Positions 19,601 through 30,082 of a DNA stretch of 64,000 nt are shown one piece after another. The notes under the pieces are model-generated. The model searched no databases. It was not told where the DNA came from and was given only the letters and a program-made list of their open reading frames with translations. A program made the position numbers and the translations under genes. Numbering within the stretch: position 1 is the stretch's first letter; each line of letters begins with the position of its first letter. The DNA is from a virus: IMG/VR virus record IMGVR_UViG_3300025759_000072, positions 1-64,000 of that record, one strand, 5' to 3'.

Positions 19601-22600
19601 ATATTATAGTCTGGATTAAATACGTTACCAACACTGTGACCTGTAAACGCGTCTACAAGAATGCCATTTTTGAATCTATCATTACCGGAACCATCGGCTA
19701 AGAATGTTGACTTTGTATCTGCTTCGAGTAGAGATAATGAAGTGTAGTATTCAAGATTTTCGATACGATTTTTAAGTACACCAATATCACGCATTGTATG
19801 TCTAACTTGTCGAACTGGTGTGATTGTATTAGCAAGGTCCGTACGACCATTTGGTGCAGTAGCAGTACTTACACGTTTTGCGTTTTCAAATGGTAGTGAT
19901 GGATAAGGAGCAACATCAATGATTGCTAGAGTAAGTCCATCAGAAGCAGGTTTTGGTGTTTGTGGATTAAGAGAAGGAACACCACGAACAACACGAATCT
20001 GACCCTTTGAAGTAATGACGACACGATCTTTTCTTGGTAGATAATACTCAAAGTCAGTAATGAAGTCTTCGTTTGGAGCCATATAACGTAGACCACCAGA
20101 AGGTTCAACTACTGTATTAGCCGTAGCTGGATTCGTTGTAATACCAGTAAGTGTTGTTGTATCAGTTGCTGTATCGGTGATACGTGGACGAATATCAACA
20201 TAGTTACGAAGATCATAACGAGCACCAGTAACTGGTGATGTATAAACTGGAATCTCTTCTGTGCGAATCTGACTTGATGTTGGTGATGTGTCATTCACAG
20301 GATAAGAATCAACTGAGAAGTAACCAACACCAGCAGATGTATCATGAGAGAAATAATCAAACTTGGCAAGATAAACATTACCGTTTGCAACTACATGGGA
20401 AGCAGATGTTTTGAGTTTCAGTTTACCATGATTGTATAGGTTATCACGCATACCAGTATCGATTTCAAACTGATTTGTAACATCAGTACCTTCGCCTGTT
20501 GTAACGAATGACGTGTTGCCAGTTTTGACACGAACTTCTTTCAATTCATGAATATCAGCAAAACCTAAGTTCCATGGACCAGCAAGACCCGGAGAACCAA
20601 GATTTGTATTTGCAAAAGCAGCAGAAACATTCAACTCAACATAACGATCAGGATTTAGATTCTTATCAATCTCTTGCCCATCTGTTTTACTTAACTCAAC
20701 AAATACTGAAGCATTGACAGTACCACCTAATGTTTCTTGGATATCAATCGTTGCGCTTGTTGAAGAGTTAATATTGACTGAACGTTCAGCACTATCACCA
20801 CCAACACCGTTCAATGAAATCACTTGACCGGGCTGGAATGATTTTGTTACATCACCAGAACCTGTACCAAACGTATCGTTTACTGTGAGTGTAGTAGTAC
20901 CAACCGTTGTAACAACAAGCGTATTTGCTATACCAGCAATAGAGATTGCATCACCTACATTGTATTTCGTTGTGCCTGATGTAATACCTGAGATTGTATC
21001 TGAACCAGCGGTTTTTGATGTTCCAGTATCAACAGGCGCTGCACTTGTAGCAGCTGCTTGAAGAACAACATGGAAGTTATCGCGTTCTTGTGTATTGTTC
21101 AGTAATCCAGGTGAGAATGGATATACTTCTGAAGAAGCACCTGTAGGAATCGTAACAGTACCATCGGCAGCGATTGTAACATCAAACTCTCTTAGGAATC
21201 TAAACGTATTATCGATTGTTCCTGTGCTATCTCTAAGACGTTTAATATTGCTTGCAGGAATAGCAAACAATGAACGGTTGAATGAAGTTTCTTTTAGTAC
21301 AGCATTACCACCTTCAAGAACAATGTCTGCAAACGCATCATAAGCACCATTGTCATAATAAACAGAACGAACTGATGAAAAATCAGAAGTCCACATATTG
21401 ATATCATAGAGATATAGATTATACTGACCTGCAGGAGCTCCTTTTGTGCCACTGGCATATTCCATTGCTCTTACACGAGCTTCACCAATCTTTGAACCAG
21501 ATGGCGCAGTTGATGAAAAGTGTGTATTAGAGATAGCAAAATGTAATGTATCATATAATGAAACACGATCATGCCCATTTAGATCCCATGAACCAACTGC
21601 TTCATTGACGATAACGTAGTTGCCGTAGTTTGCAGGAATAGAAAGATCACCAACATCTTCTGTATCAACACCTTTATCGATTTTGATATGATCTGTTCTG
21701 TATAGTTCGTTCTCATAACCCTTTACATATGCTTTACCAGGACCGATGCCAACAGAAAGACTATTAGCAGTACCACCTTTTGCGAGAGTTAAATAACCTT
21801 GGTTTGAACCATCATTAAGATGTTCACGAAGCCGAACATTCAGACCACTTACGATATAATCACCAGACTCATCGGATGTTCTACGAGCAATATAGTCATT
21901 GATTACTGAGTATAATGGTTTATCAAACTTGTACTGTGGTGTTCCATTCTGAATGCGAATACGTTCAACAAAGTTATCAGTAGAAGTATCTGTGATTTCT
22001 TTTTTAGCAATAGTAGCAGTAAGTTTAAGACGATCTGCGCCAGGAGCAGCATAGTTGTAAGCGCCCTGAGCTGGATCAAGAAGTGTCGTATCTGCGGCGC
22101 TGTTAACAATAGTCTCAACAATATCAAAACCAACTTTTACACTTGTATTAGCAGAGTAACGACCAACAATAGTCGATTGAGTGTCTACACGAATGAAGTG
22201 ATCTTTTGCGTATAGAATACCATCACCAAATGTTATTCTTGAACCTTTACCGATAACGTTAGTTGATTGAACACCTTCAGTGATAACGTTAGCAGATAAT
22301 GCACCGGTAGTAAACTTCTCACCACTAAGTAAAGTCTTTGTTGTATTGTTAGCGCCAGAGTTTGTATACTTTACATAAAGAACTTTAGTATTTGTATCGG
22401 TTTCAGAACCAGTAAGTGAATCGATAACTTCAGCAGTAACGCTTGATGTAGCACCAGTAATAGTAGTTCCTTTAAAAAGAGAAACATCTACAGGATTAGT
22501 ATTTTCATCATCATCTCGAATCTTGATATAATCAATACTCGAATCATAATTCATTTCTAATCCGCGAACAGTACTTCCTTCTTTGAAGATATGTTCGGCA

Positions 22601-22773
22601 AATCGATCAATCTGATTCTGTTGAATCGTCTGCATCTGAGTAAGTTCACGAGCCTGAACAGCGAGTCCGGGGCGGAATAATACTCTATGGAAATTCTTAG
22701 TTTCGTCAAAGTCATCATAATATGGATCGACATTAAAGTTAGTCGATAAAGATGCAGTATTTGCGAGTGCCAT
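16672..22773 (-). CDS. Very large baseplate/virion structural protein (DUF4815/VrlC-like)
   Basis: NVDPYYDDFD..FHRVLFRPG.AVQARELTQMQ N-terminus; MRDIG.L..RIENLEYYTSLSLLE; DRFKNG..VD.F; DPIAQTF. Confidence 0.85.
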   Translation of the reverse strand: MALANTASLSTNFNVDPYYDDFDETKNFHRVLFRPGLAVQARELTQMQTIQQNQIDRFAEHIFKEGSTVRGLEMNYDSSIDYIKIRDDDENTNPVDVSLFKGTTITGATSSVTAEVIDSLTGSETDTNTKVLYVKYTNSGANNTTKTLLSGEKFTTGALSANVITEGVQSTNVIGKGSRITFGDGILYAKDHFIRVDTQSTIVGRYSANTSVKVGFDIVETIVNSAADTTLLDPAQGAYNYAAPGADRLKLTATIAKKEITDTSTDNFVERIRIQNGTPQYKFDKPLYSVINDYIARRTSDESGDYIVSGLNVRLREHLNDGSNQGYLTLAKGGTANSLSVGIGPGKAYVKGYENELYRTDHIKIDKGVDTEDVGDLSIPANYGNYVIVNEAVGSWDLNGHDRVSLYDTLHFAISNTHFSSTAPSGSKIGEARVRAMEYASGTKGAPAGQYNLYLYDINMWTSDFSSVRSVYYDNGAYDAFADIVLEGGNAVLKETSFNRSLFAIPASNIKRLRDSTGTIDNTFRFLREFDVTIAADGTVTIPTGASSEVYPFSPGLLNNTQERDNFHVVLQAAATSAAPVDTGTSKTAGSDTISGITSGTTKYNVGDAISIAGIANTLVVTTVGTTTLTVNDTFGTGSGDVTKSFQPGQVISLNGVGGDSAERSVNINSSTSATIDIQETLGGTVNASVFVELSKTDGQEIDKNLNPDRYVELNVSAAFANTNLGSPGLAGPWNLGFADIHELKEVRVKTGNTSFVTTGEGTDVTNQFEIDTGMRDNLYNHGKLKLKTSASHVVANGNVYLAKFDYFSHDTSAGVGYFSVDSYPVNDTSPTSSQIRTEEIPVYTSPVTGARYDLRNYVDIRPRITDTATDTTTLTGITTNPATANTVVEPSGGLRYMAPNEDFITDFEYYLPRKDRVVITSKGQIRVVRGVPSLNPQTPKPASDGLTLAIIDVAPYPSLPFENAKRVSTATAPNGRTDLANTITPVRQVRHTMRDIGVLKNRIENLEYYTSLSLLEADTKSTFLADGSGNDRFKNGILVDAFTGHSVGNVFNPDYNIAVDPQKNELRPPFKLDDVQVEFNSASSSGVSVKSKDATVTIADSTQTYTVGETVTCGAGTGKLVYQVDAKLYLEQVSGTLSGTAVGGDSGASSSISNVTLPDNSKLITLPYNHDLVINQSLASTTRNTAGTFYNYHGNLELTPETDYWVDTTVRPEVQIDFDFNTQAWQNLANAWGTQFGDWNTIWTGGTTETRQLVRDNQAQQITSTTTVGQQRQGLRAEIGVPQTQTQSIGESVRDVNLIPFMRSRVINFTVTGMKPSTRVYAFFDSEDVNAYVTPTDSSFVPTASEGSNLVTDANGVLHGNFRIPNNDTLRFRVGTLLFKLVDSVTGSEDQSATTTWASANYSASGLSQVVQDTVIGTRNVSLEFNTVTETRTTTSSSTRFERRFVDDGGGDDPIAQTFIVDTSDNFGSGISSGVYLTKLDLYFSSKDANLPVDIEIREVDPSTSLITKKVVPFGKQSVASADVNTSTDASKPTPIVFDTPVFLLNDAEYAIVIKPGGNNPNYTVFTARLGEDDLTTGNRIVSQPYSGTLFASANDRTWTPIQEEDLKFKMYFGNFGTSQSGTAVFKNTDKEYLTVNTLDSTTMFNVVGESVHGETTLTLAGTLAGAIVGDTLVGATSSANGTISDISGTNYRVKEVTTADKFTNTETITLYQSGAATGTTSTLSSQATPTGKVYFYDGVTSANNYLHLSEPSGTFVAGTQLRTQTGGLDANIVSIDDLQIDIFHTHMSKLDLQGTESSITGKLATGTTTLDSVYRNVNDNGDTEYDTPRYVASKSNETTNHSGSKTVDLKVALSNSTNKRHSPAIDNERAALFTVENLVNNDSTNENSTFGGNATAKYITRTVTLADGQDAEDLKIFLTAYKPGTSDIQLYYKILNAEDSDTLDDQSWTQMTQTTSAVTVSDSENRNDLKEYEYNIPTANLTGTGGEVQYVNSESVTYTGFKYFAIKIVLLSSTTSNVPRVRDFRAIALQI

Positions 22774-22785
22774 TCAATTTATTCC

Positions 22786-24357
22786 TTAGAACTTCACGAT
22801 AAGTTTGATATCTTCGATCTGATCTTCTGCTCTTGAAATAGGACCACGGTTTTCAGTGTATACAACATCACCCGTGTTTTCTTTGAGTTCACCATATGTT
22901 GTACTGTCAAGTGTTGCTGTAATACCACTCGAAAGACCAGTAACTGTTTCAGCAGACTGGAACGTTCCATTTGCGCTTGTATATAGTGTGTGTACAGCAC
23001 CAGATGTGTTTGCAAGGTTTGTGTTTGCAAATCGAACAACAATGCCTGTAGCACCTGAAGTATTACCACGAACAACTTCATCAAGAGTATAGTTACCAGA
23101 TGATGTAACACTTGAAACATTGAGTTTCGTTGTTTGTGTATATGTTGAATCTGTAGCAACAACACCAGCACGAGTAAGTGGATCACGCATTAGACCAAGT
23201 GTGCGGAACTCGTTAGTGGCTGGGAAATCACCTGATTCAGAACCAGTTAACTGGACGTTTAGAATGACGTTATGACCACCAAGTTCATCAACAGGATCAG
23301 CACCATGCCCAAGTGGTGGCGCAACATATGCTTGTGCAGTTGCAGCAGAACCATGAGATGAGTTTGCAGTAATAGCAACATCAGCAAATGAATATTTTGA
23401 ACCAACGTTGACCATGTTGATGTAGTTGACAGCGCCAGAAGCAACATTAGCATAAGCCTCTGCGCCAGAACCATCGCCTGTGATAGTAATTGTTGGACCA
23501 ACGACATATGTTGATAAAGTTGTTGGTGTGACTGTGAATGCTGGAGATACTGTTACACGTTTGTTTGCGCCAACATAATCTACAATCTTACGAACCTGAC
23601 CAGCACCTGTACCGGAAGCGATATACAATGAAGAGTCGTTGTAAATGTTATCAGTAGCAGATGCACCAGCCGCTAGATCCATAATCGTTGATGATGTTAC
23701 ATCAGTAAAAGTACCAACGTTTGTTAGATAACTTGAACCACCAGCACGAACATCGATGATATTAATCGCACCGTTTGCAGCCGCCGCTTGAACATCCCAC
23801 TGAGCAGAACCATCATCGGCTGTTAGCGTTTTGACAGGAATCCATGAGTCTGTTAAAAACTTGAGTGCAGAACCTGCATCAACTGAATACATGAACTTCC
23901 ATTGATAACCATCACCAGTAACAAGAGTTGATGTTGATGTTCCAGTTGGTTCAACGGTTGAAGCGCCACCTTTATTATTGAAAAGACATTTGTATACGTT
24001 ATAAGAACTATTGATTACATAAAACGTATTTGAACTAGCAGGAGCATCGAAAAGAGTTGTTGACTGATCATCGTATTCGCGGTATACTTTACTAGTCGTC
24101 CAGTTGTATCTTGGAACAGCGTATGTAACATCACCAGCCTGAACACGTTTAGCAGCAATCATTCTGCGCCATGCATCATATTCTGTATTCTGAATTGAAT
24201 CTGTTGGTGTTGGTGGACTGTTATCATCATCCCATGGTGTTACACGAGAGATGAAGACATACATATTAGTTGAAGCAGTTTCACTGAACGCTTCATGGAA
24301 CTGCTCTGCATTATGAATACGAAAGCGTCTTGTTACGATTCCTGGCATTCTTTTCAA
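22786..24357 (-). CDS. gp8: Baseplate wedge subunit gp8
   Basis: VPRYNW, YNVYKCL.N, DGYQWKFMY, GHGADPVDELG, ENR.PI.R..DQIEDIKLIVKF; late promoter at 24381-24388. Confidence 0.88.
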   Translation of the reverse strand: MKRMPGIVTRRFRIHNAEQFHEAFSETASTNMYVFISRVTPWDDDNSPPTPTDSIQNTEYDAWRRMIAAKRVQAGDVTYAVPRYNWTTSKVYREYDDQSTTLFDAPASSNTFYVINSSYNVYKCLFNNKGGASTVEPTGTSTSTLVTGDGYQWKFMYSVDAGSALKFLTDSWIPVKTLTADDGSAQWDVQAAAANGAINIIDVRAGGSSYLTNVGTFTDVTSSTIMDLAAGASATDNIYNDSSLYIASGTGAGQVRKIVDYVGANKRVTVSPAFTVTPTTLSTYVVGPTITITGDGSGAEAYANVASGAVNYINMVNVGSKYSFADVAITANSSHGSAATAQAYVAPPLGHGADPVDELGGHNVILNVQLTGSESGDFPATNEFRTLGLMRDPLTRAGVVATDSTYTQTTKLNVSSVTSSGNYTLDEVVRGNTSGATGIVVRFANTNLANTSGAVHTLYTSANGTFQSAETVTGLSSGITATLDSTTYGELKENTGDVVYTENRGPISRAEDQIEDIKLIVKF

Positions 24358-24397
24358 TCCTCTTGCCGAATGATTTTATTTATTTATAATCGAAATC

Positions 24398-26476
24398 TTA
24401 CGGACTTGTGTTTGCTAAGTAATAGAACGAACCATTTGCCAATGTAGTACCAGCATATGGAGTTGTAAGTGTAAGTGAAGTATTTGAGTAAACTGTATTT
24501 GTGAAGTACAATCCATTTGCCGTTGGTCCATATGTATCTATAATGAATAGACCCGACCCTGGATTTGGTACTTCTACCGAGAATACTGTATTGTTGCCGA
24601 CCAAGTGATATGGTGAACCCATTGCGCTGATTGGTGTATTTGCCCAAAGAGCAATAGTGTTACTTGAGTATGTGGATAGTAATGCACTATCAAGAACGAA
24701 TAGTTCGCCTGTTCCAGCAGAATACAACCATACATTTGACTCAACAGTAACTGTTGTCGTCTCAACTTCTGTATCAAGAATAACATCTGGATACGATTCA
24801 ATTGCACCATCATCAGCAACATAATCAGATTCGCCACCAGAAACAACTTCTGGAACACTCATTTCAATATCAGATTGTATTACAAATCTACCGAGTGATG
24901 TTGAGTCAACAGTAACAACAGTTGTTTCTGCTTCTGCAAACAACCGAATCCGACCAAACATTTTTGTACCGGCTGGATGCAGAATAGTATTGACAAGTTC
25001 ACGATATGTGTTAGTAAACTGATCTGAACGAATCTCGTATGAGAACTCTTGATAATAATAGTTATCTTGTAATCTGTTATTCCAAGACAACCAACCCTTT
25101 GTATCCCTATAAGAACCTGGAAGTGTTACAACACCAGAAACAAAAGGTATACCTAAACCAGAAGCAGTTCCACCACGAGTTAGGTTATTGATAGAAACTT
25201 GTTCGTATCTGTTATAATCTTGACCAAAGTTATTTACACGAACTGAAGTGATTGAACCTGGAGCATTCGTTGCTGTGATATCAGCGTTATCGCCTTTATA
25301 CCCACCACTTCCATCTGGAATATAAAGATCACGGATTTGTTCTTCAACCACTGTTGCGGTTGGAAGTATGAGATACCCTTGACCATAGTTCGTTACATTT
25401 ACACCAGTAATCGTGCCAACAGTAACAGTATCAAAATCAAATGCTGCGCTAAGTGTTGTGTTTATATTTGCTGCAGCAAGATTTGTACCGATAACAGCAG
25501 TATTTGCGCCAGCAGAAACAAATGTTGGGCTTGTATTGAGAACAACATCTTTCATAGGTTCGATTGTATTATTATTCACAGAAATGATTTCTGTTGAACC
25601 AATCGAACTTACTACAAAGTCTGCTCCTGTTCCGGAACCACCAGTAACTGTTACGGTTGCTCCGACTGTGTAACCGGAACCACCATCATTGATATTCCAC
25701 TGAACAGCACTGGTATCTGTTGTACCAGTAACAACACCATTTGCATTTACACCAGAAGTCGATGTGAATGAAACCACATCATCTGCACGATGGAAAGCAC
25801 CACCATATGTTACTTCTACATCTTGAAGTGGACCAATCGTGTTGATAATAGTAGCACTAACCGTTGGATCGTTGAGTAACTGAATTGTTTCATTGTCTTG
25901 GAATATTCCATTGATATCGAGAAGAACCAGTTCATTAACAACAGTACCGATAGCAAATGTTGTTGTGATTCTTTCTACACGAGCAGTTGCACCACTATCT
26001 AAACCTTCAATCGTATTACCAATCAGTAGATTTAAATCACCTACAATCGGACTACCAACACGAATGATTGTATCTTGAACCCAACGACCATCCGAAGCAC
26101 GAAGAATATCTTCGCCTGGATAATAAAACTCAATCTCTTCATTAAAAAGAATGCGGAATAAAAGTCGATATGATTGTTCTGAACCACGAGAACGATATAG
26201 GTCTTTAATGTGTTTTGCAAGAAGTGGTTTGTTCGCAATCATATCTCGTGGAATCGAGTTCATGATTTCACGATGAAAATATTCAAAATACTTATCAGGT
26301 GATGTATCGATATCTTGATAGGAAAGCAAACTCTTTGTCGTATCAATTACATTATTTGCTTGTTCCGTCCACTCGTAGTATGCTTTTATGAACGCAACAA
26401 GATTTGGACCCTCATCTCTTACGAACTGAGGAAACTGTTGCTCTACGAGATTGGATATCTTTTTATCTGTAGACAT
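24398..26476 (-). CDS. gp7: Baseplate wedge initiator gp7-like
   Basis: ISNLVEQQFPQFVR..FIKAYYEW, IKDLYRSRGSEQSYRLLFRILF, LQDNYYYQEFSY..HPAGTK; lies between gp6 and gp8. Confidence 0.75.
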   Translation of the reverse strand: MSTDKKISNLVEQQFPQFVRDEGPNLVAFIKAYYEWTEQANNVIDTTKSLLSYQDIDTSPDKYFEYFHREIMNSIPRDMIANKPLLAKHIKDLYRSRGSEQSYRLLFRILFNEEIEFYYPGEDILRASDGRWVQDTIIRVGSPIVGDLNLLIGNTIEGLDSGATARVERITTTFAIGTVVNELVLLDINGIFQDNETIQLLNDPTVSATIINTIGPLQDVEVTYGGAFHRADDVVSFTSTSGVNANGVVTGTTDTSAVQWNINDGGSGYTVGATVTVTGGSGTGADFVVSSIGSTEIISVNNNTIEPMKDVVLNTSPTFVSAGANTAVIGTNLAAANINTTLSAAFDFDTVTVGTITGVNVTNYGQGYLILPTATVVEEQIRDLYIPDGSGGYKGDNADITATNAPGSITSVRVNNFGQDYNRYEQVSINNLTRGGTASGLGIPFVSGVVTLPGSYRDTKGWLSWNNRLQDNYYYQEFSYEIRSDQFTNTYRELVNTILHPAGTKMFGRIRLFAEAETTVVTVDSTSLGRFVIQSDIEMSVPEVVSGGESDYVADDGAIESYPDVILDTEVETTTVTVESNVWLYSAGTGELFVLDSALLSTYSSNTIALWANTPISAMGSPYHLVGNNTVFSVEVPNPGSGLFIIDTYGPTANGLYFTNTVYSNTSLTLTTPYAGTTLANGSFYYLANTSP

Positions 26477-28323
26477 TAATAAACGACCGGATATAGACCT
26501 GAATCAATTACGTTAGTTGTCACACCAGAAGTAGTTGCTGTGACTGTTTGTGCTGTCACTACCGTCGTTGCATCATCAACAACAGTAACTCTTGCGTTTG
26601 CAATTAAAAGAATCTGATTTCGAATTGCTTTAATGTTATTATCTGCTGGATCAGCAAAAATACTTAGATAACTACCAGAATAAGCCGTAGGAGCAAATGA
26701 GTTAAGAGTTACAAGACCAGTTTGATAGTTTACAGTTCCTGCTGTCTCATCTAGATATACTGTTGTATTTGGTAACTGAATATAATAGATTCGAATATTA
26801 CCATTACCATCATCATCTAGATAACATGTCTTTCCTTGATATGTAAACGTACTTGAACTAATCGCAAACCGATGCCCTGTGTGTGGATTATTAATTGCGT
26901 TATTAAAGGAAATGTTATATGTCGATGCTGCTGTGACAGAAGGATTGAATCTCTTTTCCATAACTATCGTGGTATTGTTACTCTTAATAGAGTTATCAGC
27001 ATTATCAATCGCTGATGAAAACTTAGAATATCTAAATGTTGGATTCTCAAACACACCAAGATTATCATCTTCAAACTTTTCGATTGCATTAACAACCTTT
27101 GTCTGAACCGCAGTTGCAGATAGAGTTGTCAGAGAAGAATCCATATTGACTGTGGTTGTTGGTCTGATGTAAAGATAAGTAGCATTAACAAATTCTGGAT
27201 CGATTGATAAGACGTTATATTTTTTCAGTTGTGTCTTAATAGCATCTTTTCTATCAGAAGAAATAATCGTGCCACCAATCGGTTTAATCGATATAAACAC
27301 CTTACCATAAATGGCTGGTGTGTTTTGTTCTCCACCCCATACTGATACAGACTCAATATCACCATTGTTGTTTAGAATGATCTGTTTATAGTCACCAGCA
27401 AGAACAGCACGATTCTGTGTCTCGAAGTTCTTTGGAGCATTGAACTGAATCGATGTAACTGATTCAATACTTGATCCACCAGATGTTGCTGAGTTTACAA
27501 GAACAGAGAATGTTGACTCACCACCAATCGTTGATGGGTTTGTAAATGTAGAAATATCGTTACCATCTTCACCATTACATACACGATAACTAATGATAAC
27601 AATATTACCGTTTGTTGGTGTTTTACCTAATACATTATCCCCGAAATAGATTTCAAACTGCGAGTCTTCTGTTTCTTGTAAAAAGTAAACTGGTGATGTT
27701 GCAGTAACTTCAGTGATATCATTGGCAAGAGTATACGTTGTTGATGAAGTATCAACAGCAGATTCTTGAATAGTAACTGTAATAGATGTTGTATCAACGT
27801 TTTCATTGGGAAGAACATAACGAACAGGATTACTTGTGTCAACTGTCCAACGATTTGTAAGTGGTCGACCTTCTACGATTGAAATCGTACCAGTGTAGTT
27901 AGCAGCAGAGGAAAAAGTATACTCTTGTGGTGTTACAAACTTATAGATGATACCATCGACTGTAGCAGACCATTCTGTGTTTTTCGCAATCGTAATAGAG
28001 GCTGGTGAACCCACAGGTGTTACTGAAATATCAAGTGTTGTAGATGCTCCACGAGCAGAACGTGGCGTGTATCCAATCGCCTTTGCTCTTGAAACAACAC
28101 TGTCCCGTAACTGAGCGGAGTCAAGAAACATTTCGTTACCGACCATGCTTGTATAGTAAGCATTCTGGTAAGTGTTATACGCTAAGATATCCAATAACAG
28201 ACTGACGGTTGAACCTTCAAAGTTATAATCAAGAAACTCTGGCTTTCCGCTGATATAACCTTTCAACGATGTTTTAATATCATCGAAATCTAATTCTGTT
28301 ACACTGATAGTCGATTCGGGCAT
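26476..28323 (-). CDS. gp6: Baseplate wedge subunit gp6
   Basis: ELDFDDIKTSLK..DYNFEGS..LLDILAYNT..NEMFLDSAQLRDSVVSRAK.IGYTPRS; QNRAV..DY. Confidence 0.93.
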   Translation of the reverse strand: MPESTISVTELDFDDIKTSLKGYISGKPEFLDYNFEGSTVSLLLDILAYNTYQNAYYTSMVGNEMFLDSAQLRDSVVSRAKAIGYTPRSARGASTTLDISVTPVGSPASITIAKNTEWSATVDGIIYKFVTPQEYTFSSAANYTGTISIVEGRPLTNRWTVDTSNPVRYVLPNENVDTTSITVTIQESAVDTSSTTYTLANDITEVTATSPVYFLQETEDSQFEIYFGDNVLGKTPTNGNIVIISYRVCNGEDGNDISTFTNPSTIGGESTFSVLVNSATSGGSSIESVTSIQFNAPKNFETQNRAVLAGDYKQIILNNNGDIESVSVWGGEQNTPAIYGKVFISIKPIGGTIISSDRKDAIKTQLKKYNVLSIDPEFVNATYLYIRPTTTVNMDSSLTTLSATAVQTKVVNAIEKFEDDNLGVFENPTFRYSKFSSAIDNADNSIKSNNTTIVMEKRFNPSVTAASTYNISFNNAINNPHTGHRFAISSSTFTYQGKTCYLDDDGNGNIRIYYIQLPNTTVYLDETAGTVNYQTGLVTLNSFAPTAYSGSYLSIFADPADNNIKAIRNQILLIANARVTVVDDATTVVTAQTVTATTSGVTTNVIDSGLYPVVY

Positions 28324-28719
28324 TTATCGAACCCTTTCTAATAGAACATTGACTACAATTGGTTCTGGATCATTAGCGACTCTAAACCGTATTGTGACGT
28401 TTAAGGCATTTGAGTCTTGATTTGCAGATGTCTTAATATCGTCAATGATTGCTCTTGGTTCATAGTTATCTAATACTTGACGAATGTTCTTTGATATGTT
28501 ATACTCTGTAAGAGGATCCATATTTTCAAACAATTGAGAAAGAACATCGCCGCCTAGAATAGGATTGTATGGTCTCTCATAAAAGTTCGTCAGAACTAGA
28601 TTCTTTACACTCTGTTTTACAGACTCACGATTTGTTAATACTTTTACATTACCTGTCACTGGATGAGCAGTAAACTTTAAAGGTATATCTTTAAATACTG
28701 GTTCTTTAAGTTCAGGCAT
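28324..28719 (-). CDS. gp25: Baseplate wedge subunit gp25
   Basis: SVKQSVKNLVLTNFYERP...NYEPRA; late promoter at 28742-28749. Confidence 0.92.
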   Translation of the reverse strand: MPELKEPVFKDIPLKFTAHPVTGNVKVLTNRESVKQSVKNLVLTNFYERPYNPILGGDVLSQLFENMDPLTEYNISKNIRQVLDNYEPRAIIDDIKTSANQDSNALNVTIRFRVANDPEPIVVNVLLERVR

Positions 28720-28753
28720 ATTACATCTCTTTTGTTTTTATTATTTATATTGA

Positions 28754-30082
28754 TTATCTACCAAGACCACCTAGAATAAATGAAGTGTGATGACCGGCTG
28801 AACCCCAAGCATTATCTGGTTTTGGTGCTGTTTTTATTTCTTCTAATTTTTTAATATCTTCATTTAATTCTTTCTGACTTTGTTTCATTTGTTCTGATAA
28901 ATTACCCATAAAACTTGAAACACCTGAGTTAATGTTTTCTGTAGATACCAATCCACCAAGGTCTTTAAATAAACCATTAAATCCTTGCGAAGCTATCATA
29001 GCATCTTTTTGCACATCCCCTGTAGATTCTGATGGTAAGTTTCTCCAATCAGATCCTGTTGTAACTTCTTCCGTTTTTGGTACAGATTTTATTCTATCAT
29101 TAATCTCTTGTAGTTGATTTCTTTTCACTTGAAGTAGTTTATCCCTTTTTGCAAAGAATGATGCTTCATATTCCTCATTAGTTGTAAATCCTTCAGCTAC
29201 TAAATCACCAAGACCAGATGTTGTTTTTTCTATAACACCAGAATTTAATAATGACTGACCAGCTTCGGATAATCTATCAGTAATTTCCATAAATTTCACT
29301 TGCATACCACCCATTACTTCTGGAACAGGTACTGATTCTGTCTTTAAGTTTTTAGGCATAGTTGACAATTGAGGTGGAGCAAATGAACCAAATATTTTTT
29401 TGATTTCACCAGTTTTTGCAGTAATTGTTGGTTTTGCCTTGTTTACAACATCTTCGGCTTTCAATGCTACTTCTTCAAGACCCTTTTTCAACTTCTCTGT
29501 TGGCAACTTAATGGCATCTGTCGTTGGTACGTCTGGAACATATGCTTTTGTTGTGTACTCATATCCATTAATATTACCATCTTCATCATATGTTGGTGTT
29601 GCATCAATATTTGGAACTGCTTTGCAGATATCAAACGATGATAATGCGTTTTGAATTTCAGCAAACTTCGCTGTCAAATCTCCGGTAAATCCTGCAAGAC
29701 TTCCCTGCAACTCACTCAGACCGCCTGTAATTTCTTTTAAGATATCTTCAAGACCACTTGTTGCTTCGCCAAATACTTCGCGAATCTCAGCAAGTTTACT
29801 ATCAATCTGTGATGCATTTAATGGATTACCAAGCAGACCAACAAGTTCATTTAATTCTTTCTGAAGGTTTGGAAGTTCTGCTTTAATCTCTGGTATTAGA
29901 CCATTGAGTTCGCCAAGAGCATCATCAAGTGCACCACCTAACTCGCTCTGTAGACTAGCAATAGAATCAGCAATACCACCCGCTCCTGATGTTAAATTTG
30001 CAAGAGCATCCTCAATCGCTTTTTGTGCGTCATCTAATGCTTGTAAATCTAAACTTATTCCACATAAACCTAAATCAGCCAT
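28754..30082 (-). CDS. Hypothetical helical/coiled-coil protein
   Basis: 442-aa ORF translationally coupled to gp5; heptad-rich; no recognised motif. Confidence 0.5.
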   Translation of the reverse strand: MADLGLCGISLDLQALDDAQKAIEDALANLTSGAGGIADSIASLQSELGGALDDALGELNGLIPEIKAELPNLQKELNELVGLLGNPLNASQIDSKLAEIREVFGEATSGLEDILKEITGGLSELQGSLAGFTGDLTAKFAEIQNALSSFDICKAVPNIDATPTYDEDGNINGYEYTTKAYVPDVPTTDAIKLPTEKLKKGLEEVALKAEDVVNKAKPTITAKTGEIKKIFGSFAPPQLSTMPKNLKTESVPVPEVMGGMQVKFMEITDRLSEAGQSLLNSGVIEKTTSGLGDLVAEGFTTNEEYEASFFAKRDKLLQVKRNQLQEINDRIKSVPKTEEVTTGSDWRNLPSESTGDVQKDAMIASQGFNGLFKDLGGLVSTENINSGVSSFMGNLSEQMKQSQKELNEDIKKLEEIKTAPKPDNAWGSAGHHTSFILGGLGR